49,009 nucleotides of DNA from an archaeon (lineage in GTDB: Archaea; Nanobdellota; Nanobdellia; Pacearchaeales; GW2011-AR1). The stretch covers positions 1 through 49,009 of the forward strand of contig JBDROH010000019.1 of NCBI GenBank assembly GCA_043810285.1, given 5' to 3'. Below, piece by piece: positions 1 to 7,870 of this stretch. Positions within the stretch are counted from its first letter, which is position 1. The number at the start of each line of letters is the position of its first letter. A program made the translations under genes and the position numbers. The notes beneath the pieces were generated by a model. It did not search any database. It had not been told where the DNA came from and saw only the letters and a program-made list of their open reading frames with translations.

Positions 1-138
1 TTGTCGCCCCCGATAGTTCACATTGACGGGGCGGTTTGGTACATCGCTGTCGGCTCTTCCTATCCTGGATGTGCACAAGCATCCAAGGGTGTCGGAGTTC
101 ACGCATTAAAAGGGATCGTTAGCTGGGTTAAGAACGTC

Positions 139-905
139 AAATTAAAGCTAACAATCTGCTCGTGAATATAGAGTTAAATAAGTACACGGCGTTGCGTGGG
201 AGTAATCCCACGAAAAATAAAATCCGCTCATTTCGGTGAAACCTAAAGCTTTTTGGGATTTTTCATATGATTAATATGGAAGGTTAATTAAACTAGAGAG
301 ATATGGCAATACCGAGGGAAGATGAGATTTATGGATTCGACAATACTTGCATATATCGCTGGTTTTTTAGACGGAGATGGAAGCATCTTTTTCCAGATAG
401 TTCCAAGAGAAGATTACAAGCAGAAGTTTCAGATAAGAAGTTCAATAGCTTTTTATCAGAAAACGGAATGTGTTGAAATTTTGGATTGGCTAAAGGAAAT
501 TTTTAGATGTGGATATATCCGTCATAGAAAAACTGGAATTAGCGATTATACTATTGTTGAGTCAAAGGAAGTTCGGAGAATTTTGGAACTTCTGAGACCT
601 TATGTGCGTTTGAAAAAGAAACAAGTCGAGATTGGATTAGAAATACTTGACAGACTTGAAGATAAGGAAACGACTCGAGATTTTCTCGAGATTTGTAAAC
701 TTGTTGATAAGTTTGGCGAGATGAATTATTCTAAGAAGAGAACGATTACGCGTGAAACGGTGAGTAAATTTTTATCCCCGTAGAGACTGAGATTAAGTTC
801 GAGAGTTTTGCTGTTGAACAGGCAAAGCTAAGACGCGGATCTCCCGAAAGTAAGTCCGGGATGAAGGTATAGTCCACCCCTTATTGAAAAATTTGGATGA
901 AGTAC
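139..905 (+). mobile_element. ORF-bearing intron in 23S rRNA at the E. coli ~2593 position. Boundaries are +/-1 nt, and the class (group I-like versus archaeal BHB) is unresolved.
   Basis: Joining 138 to 906 restores the conserved strand GAACGTC+GTGAGACAG. The insert carries a LAGLIDADG ORF and a GNRA-capped hairpin at 195-212. It also has a group I-like aaggtatagtcc at 864-875. Confidence 0.8.
322..783 (+). CDS. LAGLIDADG homing endonuclease, single-motif (homodimeric) I-CreI-like
   Basis: Motif LAYIAGFLDGDGSI. Collinear resemblance to I-CreI (GYIRHRKTGISDY, RLKKKQ, FLEICKLVD). Located inside the rRNA intron. Confidence 0.9.
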   Translation: MRFMDSTILAYIAGFLDGDGSIFFQIVPREDYKQKFQIRSSIAFYQKTECVEILDWLKEIFRCGYIRHRKTGISDYTIVESKEVRRILELLRPYVRLKKKQVEIGLEILDRLEDKETTRDFLEICKLVDKFGEMNYSKKRTITRETVSKFLSP

Positions 906-1486
906 GTGAGACAGTTTGTATGATATCTACTAGATGTGTTGTTGATTGAGTGGAAGGACCCTCTAGTACGAGAGGAACGTGGGTTCGGAGCCTCTGGTCT
1001 ACCAGTTGTTATGAGCAGGCTGGGCAGCTACGCTCTATCCGATAAGTGCTGAAAGCATCTAAGCACGAAGCGGACCGCAAAACGAATCAACATAGGCCGC
1101 AATAAAAGATTGCGTTGATAGAGACGGAATGTAAGCATTGAGCTTTTGCGATTTGTTCAGTTCGCGTCTACTAAAAGCCACAAATATTTATCTACACTTC
1201 ACTTTATTCTGAGGAGCAATCCAAAGAAAGTGATCAAATCTAGACGGTGAAATTGTTTTGACGAAAGTTTACTTTTGTTAGAATGACGAAGCTGATTTAG
1301 TGAATTTCTTATACTGTTCTTGTTATGAATATAATTTTTTTAGAAATTAAAGACGTGACGAGAGTATAATAATTTTTATAAGTGTCCGAAGTGTGGTTCA
1401 AGAATTTTGATGAGATATTAGTAATTCTATAGATATAATCTTTAGAGTATAACCATATTTTTATAATAGCAAATTATCATTAAATA

Positions 1487-1696
1487 ATGGATAAAGTATT
1501 AGAAGAAAGGGTTAATGATATTAATACAAAAAAAGTAAAAAATGAGGGCAAATTTGATAAAGATTTATCTTTGAAAGAAATAGGGATTCGATTCGTGATT
1601 GGAACTGGAATTTGGTATGGGATTTGTTACAGTGTGAATTATATTTACAACCATCCAGAAATATACAAACCAATTATAGACTTCATTAAACGTTAA
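1487..1696 (+). CDS. hypothetical small protein with a hydrophobic segment
   Basis: ORF only, with one predicted TM-like stretch (FVIGTGIWYGICYSV). No recognisable family. Confidence 0.3.
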   Translation: MDKVLEERVNDINTKKVKNEGKFDKDLSLKEIGIRFVIGTGIWYGICYSVNYIYNHPEIYKPIIDFIKR

Positions 1697-1699
1697 AAA

Positions 1700-2410
1700 T
1701 TACTTTTTCAAAGATTTTCTAACCGGCATTGTTTTTTTCAAATGGGAACCTTGAGCAGTATGCTTTTGAGTCTTAACCATTGCTTTCTCAATCTTCGCGT
1801 CCAGTTCTGCACCAGCCTTTACATCTTCTTTCTCCTCAACTTTTTCTCCTTCAGTTTTTTCTTCTACAGGTACAACTTTTAGAGCCTTAACTTTTGCCTT
1901 CTCAGCGACGGAACCTCTCTTTTCAACCCAAGCCTTAGCAAACTTAACCGCTTCTGGAACCTCTGCTAACTCAGCATAAACAATACCGTCTTTTTTTACC
2001 GCTTTAATTTTAATTTTCCCCATAGGCTTTTTAATTCCCTTAAACCATAACTCATTATTCAAATAAATATCAATCTTAACTTTTCTCAAATCTCTATTTT
2101 CAACTTTCATATGCTTAGCTAAAAATTCTTTTAAAATTTTAACTGCTTTACTTGCTCTTCGATATCGTGGAACATTCAACGAACCCTTCCTCAACGGAAC
2201 AACATATTCCCGTTCAAGCTCAACCTTTGCTTCATCTTTTTTCTCGGACTTTTTAGCCTTGCTCTTTTCAACTGCAGATTTTGATATCTCTTTTTTCTCT
2301 ATTTTATTTTCTGCAATAATTTTTTTATTTTCCTCGCTGTTTTTAAATTCTTCAAGCTTCTTAACTTCCTTAACTTTCTCTTCCACGTTAGTATTTTTTT
2401 CTTCAACCAT
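1700..2410 (-). CDS. rpl31e: ribosomal protein L31e with long Lys/Glu-rich N- and C-terminal extensions
   Basis: Core YVVPLRKG...PRYRRASKAVKILKEFLAKHM...VKIDIYLNNELWFKGIKKP matches the L31e pattern. It lies in the conserved S19e-L39e-L31e order. Confidence 0.8.
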   Translation of the reverse strand: MVEEKNTNVEEKVKEVKKLEEFKNSEENKKIIAENKIEKKEISKSAVEKSKAKKSEKKDEAKVELEREYVVPLRKGSLNVPRYRRASKAVKILKEFLAKHMKVENRDLRKVKIDIYLNNELWFKGIKKPMGKIKIKAVKKDGIVYAELAEVPEAVKFAKAWVEKRGSVAEKAKVKALKVVPVEEKTEGEKVEEKEDVKAGAELDAKIEKAMVKTQKHTAQGSHLKKTMPVRKSLKK

Positions 2411-2625
2411 TATCCTAATTGTTTTTTCTTATTGGTTCTTGGTTTAATTTTTAATTTGTTTCTCTGCCAACTTCGCTTAACATGAGTAATACTTGATGGA
2501 TGAATCTTCTTACCCTTTCCAAATTTTTTAATAACTGTCCAAAACGGAGCCCATTTCGTCTGTCTTTTAGCTTTATCAAGATGTCTCTTTTTGCTACTTC
2601 GTGCCTTCGCTTTTCTAGTTACCAT
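2410..2625 (-). CDS. rpl39e: ribosomal protein L39e. The start is taken at the internal Met, although the ORF extends to 2664.
   Basis: KKRHLDKAKRQTKWAPFW...VKRSWQRNKL matches the L39e pattern. TAATG stop/start overlap with L31e. Confidence 0.8.
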   Translation of the reverse strand: MVTRKAKARSSKKRHLDKAKRQTKWAPFWTVIKKFGKGKKIHPSSITHVKRSWQRNKLKIKPRTNKKKQLG

Positions 2626-3172
2626 TTTCAATTTCCTCCCCCTCTTCATCACGCTCTTCAACATCTATAATATCGTTATCTTGAGACTGATTAATATCTT
2701 TCGTAATAACTTCTAGAGGATTAGTACTTATCGTTTCAAAGTTCAAATTTTCCTTAACTTCAACTTCAATAGAATCGAGTAGTTCTCTACCCTTAGCAGT
2801 CAATCTTCGACCATGTTGTACCCTTAAAACCTTTTCAACTAAACCTGCTACTTCCGCTTGCTGTAAAATAACACGAATAATTTTTCCACCAGATTTCTTA
2901 AACTTACTTCTTCTTCCACCCCTATCTTTTCTAGAGCCATAACGTGTCCTTAACTTTCCAACACCGACGACACCGTGAATGTATAACTGTCTCAAAATTG
3001 AAGCTGCCCGAGTATACCAAAAATCATCGCTAACCGGTGGTCTCTCACGCGAAACCCCTGATTTAACAAAAGTCGCCCATTCAGGAACTTCAAACTCTCC
3101 TATGCCTTTCAATGCCTCAGCTAAAGCGGGGATAAACTTCACAGGGTCTTTTGCATAAATTGTATTTACCAT
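2615..3172 (-). CDS. rps19e: ribosomal protein S19e with an acidic C-terminal tail
   Basis: VPEWATFVKSGVSRERPP..DFWYTRAASILRQLY...GGKIIRVILQQ is typical of S19e. Confidence 0.9.
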   Translation of the reverse strand: MVNTIYAKDPVKFIPALAEALKGIGEFEVPEWATFVKSGVSRERPPVSDDFWYTRAASILRQLYIHGVVGVGKLRTRYGSRKDRGGRRSKFKKSGGKIIRVILQQAEVAGLVEKVLRVQHGRRLTAKGRELLDSIEVEVKENLNFETISTNPLEVITKDINQSQDNDIIDVEERDEEGEEIENGN

Positions 3173-3255
3173 TTTTGTATTTAGGCTCTCTTTTCAGAGA
3201 TAGATAAGCCGAAGCTCATTAACCTAAATTAACCGAGAATTTTACATTTATAAAT

Positions 3256-3501
3256 CTACCGTTGAACTTTCCGAAACTTAATCACCGTAATCACATAACC
3301 TACCAACTTATAATCAAACTTCCCACCCAAAGCACTAATTAAATCCTGAGCAATCTTCTCGGCATCCTTTTTATCCCGACAAGCTGTTTTCAAAATAGAA
3401 ATTTTAACAACCTTTTCATTCTCAAAAATTTTCCGCACCTGTTCAACAAACGCCTCGCTAAGCCCATTCTTCCCAATTTGTAATCTCTTAATCGGTTTCA
3501 T
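3256..3501 (-). CDS. YhbY/CRM-domain RNA-binding protein
   Basis: An 81-aa protein with LQIGKNGLSEAFVEQV... and the overall CRS1/YhbY pattern. Confidence 0.65.
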   Translation of the reverse strand: MKPIKRLQIGKNGLSEAFVEQVRKIFENEKVVKISILKTACRDKKDAEKIAQDLISALGGKFDYKLVGYVITVIKFRKVQR

Positions 3502-3650
3502 AATTTATATTCCTCTTTTAATTTATCATAACACTCTTTGCAAATATGGTTCTTGAAAGTTTTCCCTTTTTCATCAGGAGGAGAAAATAACAATGCTCCA
3601 TAATCTTCAAGCTCTTTCTTACATAAATCACATTTAGGAGATATTCCCAT
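3498..3650 (-). CDS. small zinc-ribbon protein (50 aa), absent from the ORF track
   Basis: My translation is MGISPKCDLCKKELEDYGALLFSPPDEKGKTFKNHICKECYDKLKEEYKL, with CxxC...CxxC. Its TGA overlaps the ATG of the YhbY gene (ATGA). Confidence 0.45.
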   Translation of the reverse strand: MGISPKCDLCKKELEDYGALLFSPPDEKGKTFKNHICKECYDKLKEEYKL

Positions 3651-3720
3651 AATTTCAATAAAACTTTAAGGCTTATAAGTTTTCTCTAATTTACAAAAAA
3701 CTTATTTCAAATTTCTGAAA

Positions 3721-4110
3721 TCAATTTTTGTCTTCTTCTCTAAGCATCTTTTCGAATTTCAAAATATCGACCGCTTTAACTTTTATATTTTTTTGCTTCT
3801 TAACATTCCAACTTCCCACTTTCATTATTACTGGCTTATTCATATCACTTCGTTTAAACATATTAACAATGACATCCTTCTTCGTTTTTCTCCAGTCTTG
3901 AGAATACTTCGCGCAAAAAATCGCGGCTTCTTTAATATCTTGCTTCGAAGGATTTTCTTTAACATTCACAAAAGGACTTCCTGGAGCAGTTGTATGAAGT
4001 AAAACGTCTTTGTTGTCTGCCGCAAAAACCAACTCATCATTATTTTCTGCATTCTTTCCACCGAGCACACGTAAACTAGAAGAAGTAATATATTCTCTAA
4101 ACTTTGCCAT
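3721..4110 (-). CDS. stand-alone NFACT-R (DUF814)-like RNA-binding domain protein
   Basis: LGGKNAENNDELVF...DVLLHTTAPGSPFV resembles the GxNAxxND...H...GS.V signature of DUF814/NFACT-R. Confidence 0.55.
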   Translation of the reverse strand: MAKFREYITSSSLRVLGGKNAENNDELVFAADNKDVLLHTTAPGSPFVNVKENPSKQDIKEAAIFCAKYSQDWRKTKKDVIVNMFKRSDMNKPVIMKVGSWNVKKQKNIKVKAVDILKFEKMLREEDKN

Positions 4111-4177
4111 ATCTAAACTAGGAAAACAATCTTTAAAAAATCATCTAAACAATTCGCACTAAAAATCTCTAACTTTA

Positions 4178-4777
4178 CTAAAAGTCATCTTCATCAGTTT
4201 TTTTCTTTTGGATTTCCTTGATTCTTTTCAAAGCTGCCCTAACATTTTTGTTCAACTGAATAATTGATTCATCCAGCTGAGCTTTATTCTTCGTCCCAGT
4301 ACAAACCAGTTTTCCATTCGAGAAAAGTAAGAAAGTCGCAGTTGGATCTTCTAACTTATATACCATCCCTGGAAATTGTTCAGGTTCATATTCAGTATTT
4401 TCTAATTCCAAAGCAAGAGTGTTCAAATTCAAATTCAAATTAATCGCTCCAGAAGCAACAATATTCTGCACTGTAATTTTCGGTTTAATCTTAACATACA
4501 CATTAACTTTCTTCAATTGCTTGATAACTTGCTGAACAACGTCTCGTACCTGTGCAACCGATTTGGTCCCAGTACAAACAAGATTTCCTGAACTGAAAAC
4601 TAAAATAGCAGACTTAGGTTTTTTAACTCTCAAGACGAGTCCTGGAAAAGTATCTGGATTATATTCTGTATTAGGTTGTGTCCTAGCTAGTTTTGTTAAA
4701 GAAACATCTTCTCCAAGTGAAGTCGTTGCAACAATATTCTGAATTTTTAAAGAAGTGTCTTTTTTCTCTACTACCAT
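4178..4777 (-). CDS. tbp: TATA-box binding protein
   Basis: Two direct repeats: QNIVAT..FPGLVLRVKKPKSAILVFSSGNLVCTGTKS and QNIVAS..FPGMVYKLEDPTATFLLFSNGKLVCTGTKN. Confidence 0.95.
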   Translation of the reverse strand: MVVEKKDTSLKIQNIVATTSLGEDVSLTKLARTQPNTEYNPDTFPGLVLRVKKPKSAILVFSSGNLVCTGTKSVAQVRDVVQQVIKQLKKVNVYVKIKPKITVQNIVASGAINLNLNLNTLALELENTEYEPEQFPGMVYKLEDPTATFLLFSNGKLVCTGTKNKAQLDESIIQLNKNVRAALKRIKEIQKKKTDEDDF

Positions 4778-4796
4778 AAACTACTATGAAAATTTT

Positions 4797-4808
4797 CCTT
4801 TATAAAGG
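4797..4808 (-). promoter_or_regulatory. TATA-like box (cctttataaagg) ~25 nt upstream of the tbp ATG
   Basis: Sequence and spacing only. Confidence 0.45.
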
Positions 4809-4836
4809 CTTTGATTGACCGTCGGGAGAATTTAGA

Positions 4837-6528
4837 CTATTTATCCCCAACCTCTTCTTTAATTTCTTTTAACGTCGCTATATCTCCAACACCTCTATCA
4901 TCTCTCAACCGAGTAATTCGTGGAAACCTTAAAGCATAACCGCTAGAATAAGTCGGGGACTTCTGAATATTCTGATATTGAACAGCCACGACAATTTCAG
5001 GCTTAACTACAATATTTCGGCCATTAACTCTCACAATCAATTTTTCCAGAATTTCAGTCATCCCACTAAAACTCAAACCTTCTTCTGGCTTTTCCTTTAA
5101 CCCGGTAGAGACTTTCCCAACTTGCAAAAGTTTATCATTATCCTTACAACCAACATCAAAAGAAGTCAACCACCCTGCCCGTTTTCCCGTACCCCATTCC
5201 GCACCAGTGATTACTAAATCAAAGTCATTGTCCTCTGGCTTCAACTTAACAGCATATCCTACTCGAGCCCCGGGTTTATACGGTGCAGACAAATTCTTCC
5301 CCATAAGCCCTTCCTGATTCTCTCCAAGTGCTTCTTCATAAAATTTTTCAACTTCTCCAACATCTTGAGTAACAATTTGTTTTGCTAGAATAATTTTAAA
5401 TTTCTCCTCTCGAACAATCCTCTTAATTAATTTTCTCCTCTTAATAAATGGAGATTCAATTAAATTATCTCCTTCAAAATAAATAATATCAAAAACTACT
5501 AATTCTATGGGAAATTTATCCCCCATTTCCTCAATATTATATTTTCGGCGAATTCTCTGACTAACTGCCTGAAAATCAGTATATTTTTTTGTCTTCGCAT
5601 CAAACCCTACAGCCTCAGCATCTAGTATAAAGCTTTTACCTTTTACTTTATTCTTAACATATTCAACAATTTCTGGGAACTGATTCGTAACTTCTTCAAG
5701 CCTCCTAGTAAAAATTTTGATTTTACCGTTTTCTTCCTTGTTAATCATTACCCTAAAACCATCATATTTATATTCAAACGCTGCAGGCTTACCTACAATT
5801 CGAAATGCATCATCTATATCTTTTGCCTTGGGGAATAACATTACCTTTATAGGTTTCCCTGGCTTTAATTTAATTTTTTTCAACTCGTTACTATATGCCT
5901 TCGCAAAAACCTCTGCAAAATCCGTAGACTTATCATACGCCTCCTGAACAGCGATAGAATAAACTTTTTTATCCCCAATATCTTTCGGATTAAAACAACA
6001 CTTAACAATAGCATCTCTTAAAATTCCGGACCCGACACCAATCCTCAAATCACTAAGAACAGTTCGTACAATATATTTTGCTTCCATTGGGATAGCTGAA
6101 TGCAATAACTCAACAATTAAACCCATCTTAATCTCAACAGTTCCTTTTCCTTCCAGCGACGGTAATCGCTGCAAATTTGCAAGAACTTTTTCAACACTCA
6201 ACTTACTAGAAAACAAAGCCATTTGCTGTTTCTTTTTTCCTAAAACAGCTTCTGCAACATTCCCCAAATCACCAAGTTTCTTAAATTCCTCAACAACCTC
6301 TGATTCACTAATTCCTCCAGTCTTACTAATTATCTTAATAATTAACTGATGAGAAATCCCAAGTTCCCGAGAGTCATAATCCGCAAAAACATTTCCTTGC
6401 AACAAATAGATTAATTCAGGCTTACTAAGAATTTCTTTTAAAAATTTCGCAAGAATCTCTGTCTTCTCAAGCCCCTTAGTCGTCGACTCTAACGCATGAT
6501 AAACCTCACATATCTTTTGGTATTCCAT
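4837..6528 (-). CDS. lig: ATP-dependent DNA ligase
   Basis: Adenylation motif EYKYDGFRV, plus FILDAEAV, MGKNL..PYKPGAR and the C-terminal LRFPRITRLRDDR. Confidence 0.95.
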   Translation of the reverse strand: MEYQKICEVYHALESTTKGLEKTEILAKFLKEILSKPELIYLLQGNVFADYDSRELGISHQLIIKIISKTGGISESEVVEEFKKLGDLGNVAEAVLGKKKQQMALFSSKLSVEKVLANLQRLPSLEGKGTVEIKMGLIVELLHSAIPMEAKYIVRTVLSDLRIGVGSGILRDAIVKCCFNPKDIGDKKVYSIAVQEAYDKSTDFAEVFAKAYSNELKKIKLKPGKPIKVMLFPKAKDIDDAFRIVGKPAAFEYKYDGFRVMINKEENGKIKIFTRRLEEVTNQFPEIVEYVKNKVKGKSFILDAEAVGFDAKTKKYTDFQAVSQRIRRKYNIEEMGDKFPIELVVFDIIYFEGDNLIESPFIKRRKLIKRIVREEKFKIILAKQIVTQDVGEVEKFYEEALGENQEGLMGKNLSAPYKPGARVGYAVKLKPEDNDFDLVITGAEWGTGKRAGWLTSFDVGCKDNDKLLQVGKVSTGLKEKPEEGLSFSGMTEILEKLIVRVNGRNIVVKPEIVVAVQYQNIQKSPTYSSGYALRFPRITRLRDDRGVGDIATLKEIKEEVGDK

Positions 6529-6582
6529 AATCTTCTAAAGCGACAGCCCTATTTAATTTTACTGCTAAGAGGATTACCAAAC

Positions 6583-6593
6583 CTTTATAAAAA
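6583..6593 (+). promoter_or_regulatory. TATA-like box (ctttataaaaa) ~25 nt upstream of the thioredoxin ATG
   Basis: Sequence and spacing only. Confidence 0.45.
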
Positions 6594-6612
6594 AATTAAT
6601 CCTAAAACTCTC

Positions 6613-6936
6613 ATGGAAATAGAAGTAACAGATTTAAATTTTGAAAAAGAAGTAATAGATAAATCAAAAATAATTCCAGTTTTAGTAGATTTCTGGGCGA
6701 GCTGGTGCGGACCTTGTATGATGTTGAAGCCAATCCTTGAGAAAATAGCTGCAGAATACAAAGGAAAATTTATTTTAGCAAAGGCCGAGACGGACAACAA
6801 TCAAATACAATCTGATAAGTTTGGAGTAATGTCGATACCCTCGGTAAAACTTTTCAAAAATGGGAAAGTCGTCGACGAATTCATTGGTGCACAACCTGAA
6901 GTTAAAATCAAAGAATGGCTTAATCAGAAACTATAA
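6613..6936 (+). CDS. trxA: thioredoxin
   Basis: WCGPC active site in VLVDFWASWCGPCMMLKP. The ATG at 6613 sits ~25 nt downstream of a TATA-like box. Confidence 0.9.
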   Translation: MEIEVTDLNFEKEVIDKSKIIPVLVDFWASWCGPCMMLKPILEKIAAEYKGKFILAKAETDNNQIQSDKFGVMSIPSVKLFKNGKVVDEFIGAQPEVKIKEWLNQKL

Positions 6937-6945
6937 TTTTTCTAT

Positions 6946-7146
6946 TTATTTCCGAGGTGTAATAATCCACATAATCAAATATCCAAAAACTCCTGTTCCG
7001 AAACTAAAAATAGTCATCAAAACCCAAAACAACCGAACTAGCGTCGGGTCAATATTAAAATACTCCGCAATCCCTGCGCAAACCCCTCCAATCATCGAAT
7101 CCTTTTCACTAGCACGATACAGTCTTTTCATTTTCTTTTGAACCAT
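6946..7146 (-). CDS. PspC-domain membrane protein
   Basis: LYRASEKDSMIGGVCAGIAEYFNIDPTLVRLFWVL matches the PspC domain pattern. Confidence 0.7.
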   Translation of the reverse strand: MVQKKMKRLYRASEKDSMIGGVCAGIAEYFNIDPTLVRLFWVLMTIFSFGTGVFGYLIMWIITPRK

Positions 7147-7147
7147 T

Positions 7148-7714
7148 TTAATTTCCTCGCCCTCTATTAGCTCTTAAAGAAGGTCTAACCTTCGGACACT
7201 TAATTGAACTATTCCTCAAACCACGTGCTTTTCTTCCCGCCGAACTAATTCCTCTCAAAGCTCTCCTCTTTGGTGCTCTAACAAAAGGACCCAACTGTTT
7301 ATCATTCTTAATTTCTGGAGCTACACGGTCAACCAAGATAACTTCAAAAAAATAATTCATTCCATCTTTCCCAATTTGATAAGAATTTAAAACTTCCATA
7401 TTACTAAACTTCCGAGCTACTCTCTGTTCCCCAATCTCTTTATAATTCATCTTTAAATTTTTTCTATTATGTAATCTCTTAGTCCTACGTCCTTTATTCG
7501 GCCGACTTTTCTTATGGCCTCCACGTCCAACTCTAATTCTAACGACGGTAACTCCATTCTTTGCTTTATATCCCAAAGCTCGAGCTCTATCAAGTCTTAG
7601 AGGTTTTTCAACTCGAGTAATTACTTCAGATTTTCTCCACTCAGTCATTCGTGCTCGAAGTACCTTGACATCTGGTTTCTTCCAAGCCGCTCTCAAATAT
7701 TTTGCAATTCCCAT
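7148..7714 (-). CDS. rpl15e: ribosomal protein L15e
   Basis: MGIAKYLRAAWKKP...RLDRARALGYKAKNGVTVVRIRVGRGG is typical of L15e. Confidence 0.9.
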   Translation of the reverse strand: MGIAKYLRAAWKKPDVKVLRARMTEWRKSEVITRVEKPLRLDRARALGYKAKNGVTVVRIRVGRGGHKKSRPNKGRRTKRLHNRKNLKMNYKEIGEQRVARKFSNMEVLNSYQIGKDGMNYFFEVILVDRVAPEIKNDKQLGPFVRAPKRRALRGISSAGRKARGLRNSSIKCPKVRPSLRANRGRGN

Positions 7715-7756
7715 ACTAATCTTATTAAAATTTCCCTTTTAAAACTTTACTACAAG

Positions 7757-7773
7757 TGAGCCCGCTGAGATTT
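7757..7773. repeat. 17-nt direct repeat of the tRNA-Ile 3' end (tgagcccgctgagattt). The second copy is at 7871..7887, inside the tRNA.
   Basis: An exact 17/17 match read directly from the sequence. The copies are 114 nt apart. Confidence 0.85.
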
Positions 7774-7870
7774 TACTCGCAAAATGCATTTCGCAAAATA
7801 TCTTATCTAAATTTAATTTTGCTCAAAGCGTTTTGTTTGCTCAGGACTTGCCCCTCGTTCAAATCTTCTA

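Larger units (their letters stand above)
1..1190 (+). rRNA. rrl: 23S (LSU) rRNA, 3'-terminal part (domains V-VI), interrupted by an intron at 139..905. The 3' end is approximate.
   Basis: Conserved LSU strings: ggtttggtacatcgctgtcggctc, agctgggttaagaacgtc | gtgagacagtttg, tagtacgagaggaac (sarcin-ricin loop), gataagtgctgaaagcatctaagcacgaag. Confidence 0.9.

Noticed and set aside
137-906. Canonical group I boundaries (5' exon ending in U, intron ending in G) or a canonical bulge-helix-bulge
   Set aside because: The only exon joins that restore the conserved rRNA strand leave the intron ending in A or C. The first intron nucleotides also do not pair with the first exon-2 nucleotides as a 4-bp BHB central helix would require. 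I therefore left the class open rather than asserting either.
1370-1425. Zinc-ribbon-like fragment (YKCPKCGSRILMRY) downstream of the 23S rRNA
   Set aside because: There is no start codon in frame after the preceding stop, and only ~20 codons are open. It is probably chance or a decayed remnant.
1190-1486. Possible 5S rRNA or other ncRNA downstream of the 23S
   Set aside because: The region is very AT-rich with no 5S-like helices or conserved loops that I can recognise. The C-box-like tgatga at ~1416 has no matching D box (ctga) downstream.
2259-2447. Antisense low-complexity ORFs. This one is the example, and others are 3793-4002, 5717-5947, 6585-6800 and 6860-7141. More are at 8751-8942, 10836-11186, 12923-13135, 12928-13122 and 13885-14163. 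More are at 18530-18946, 19506-19706, 19861-20139, 20173-20400, 22279-22473 and 23063-23260. More are at 24528-24716, 26759-26998, 28926-29282, 29012-29287, 29300-29530 and 29822-30049. More are at 30460-30702, 32464-32829, 33522-33710, 34529-34738, 34837-35046 and 35546-35731. The rest are at 36362-36553, 39423-39638, 39747-40043, 41157-41342, 42636-42884 and 43441-43677. The last group is 43878-44072, 44302-44511, 44535-44756, 44926-45108, 45918-46109, 45961-46149, 47144-47335 and 48328-48528.
   Set aside because: Each lies inside or antisense to a gene with clear family motifs, and most are S/F/L/I-rich mirror translations of K/E-rich coding sequence. I have no independent support for any of them.
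6496-6612. N-terminal 39-aa extension of the thioredoxin ORF
   Set aside because: The extension overlaps the DNA ligase start region and contains the TATA-like box. The ATG at 6613 gives a canonical-length thioredoxin.
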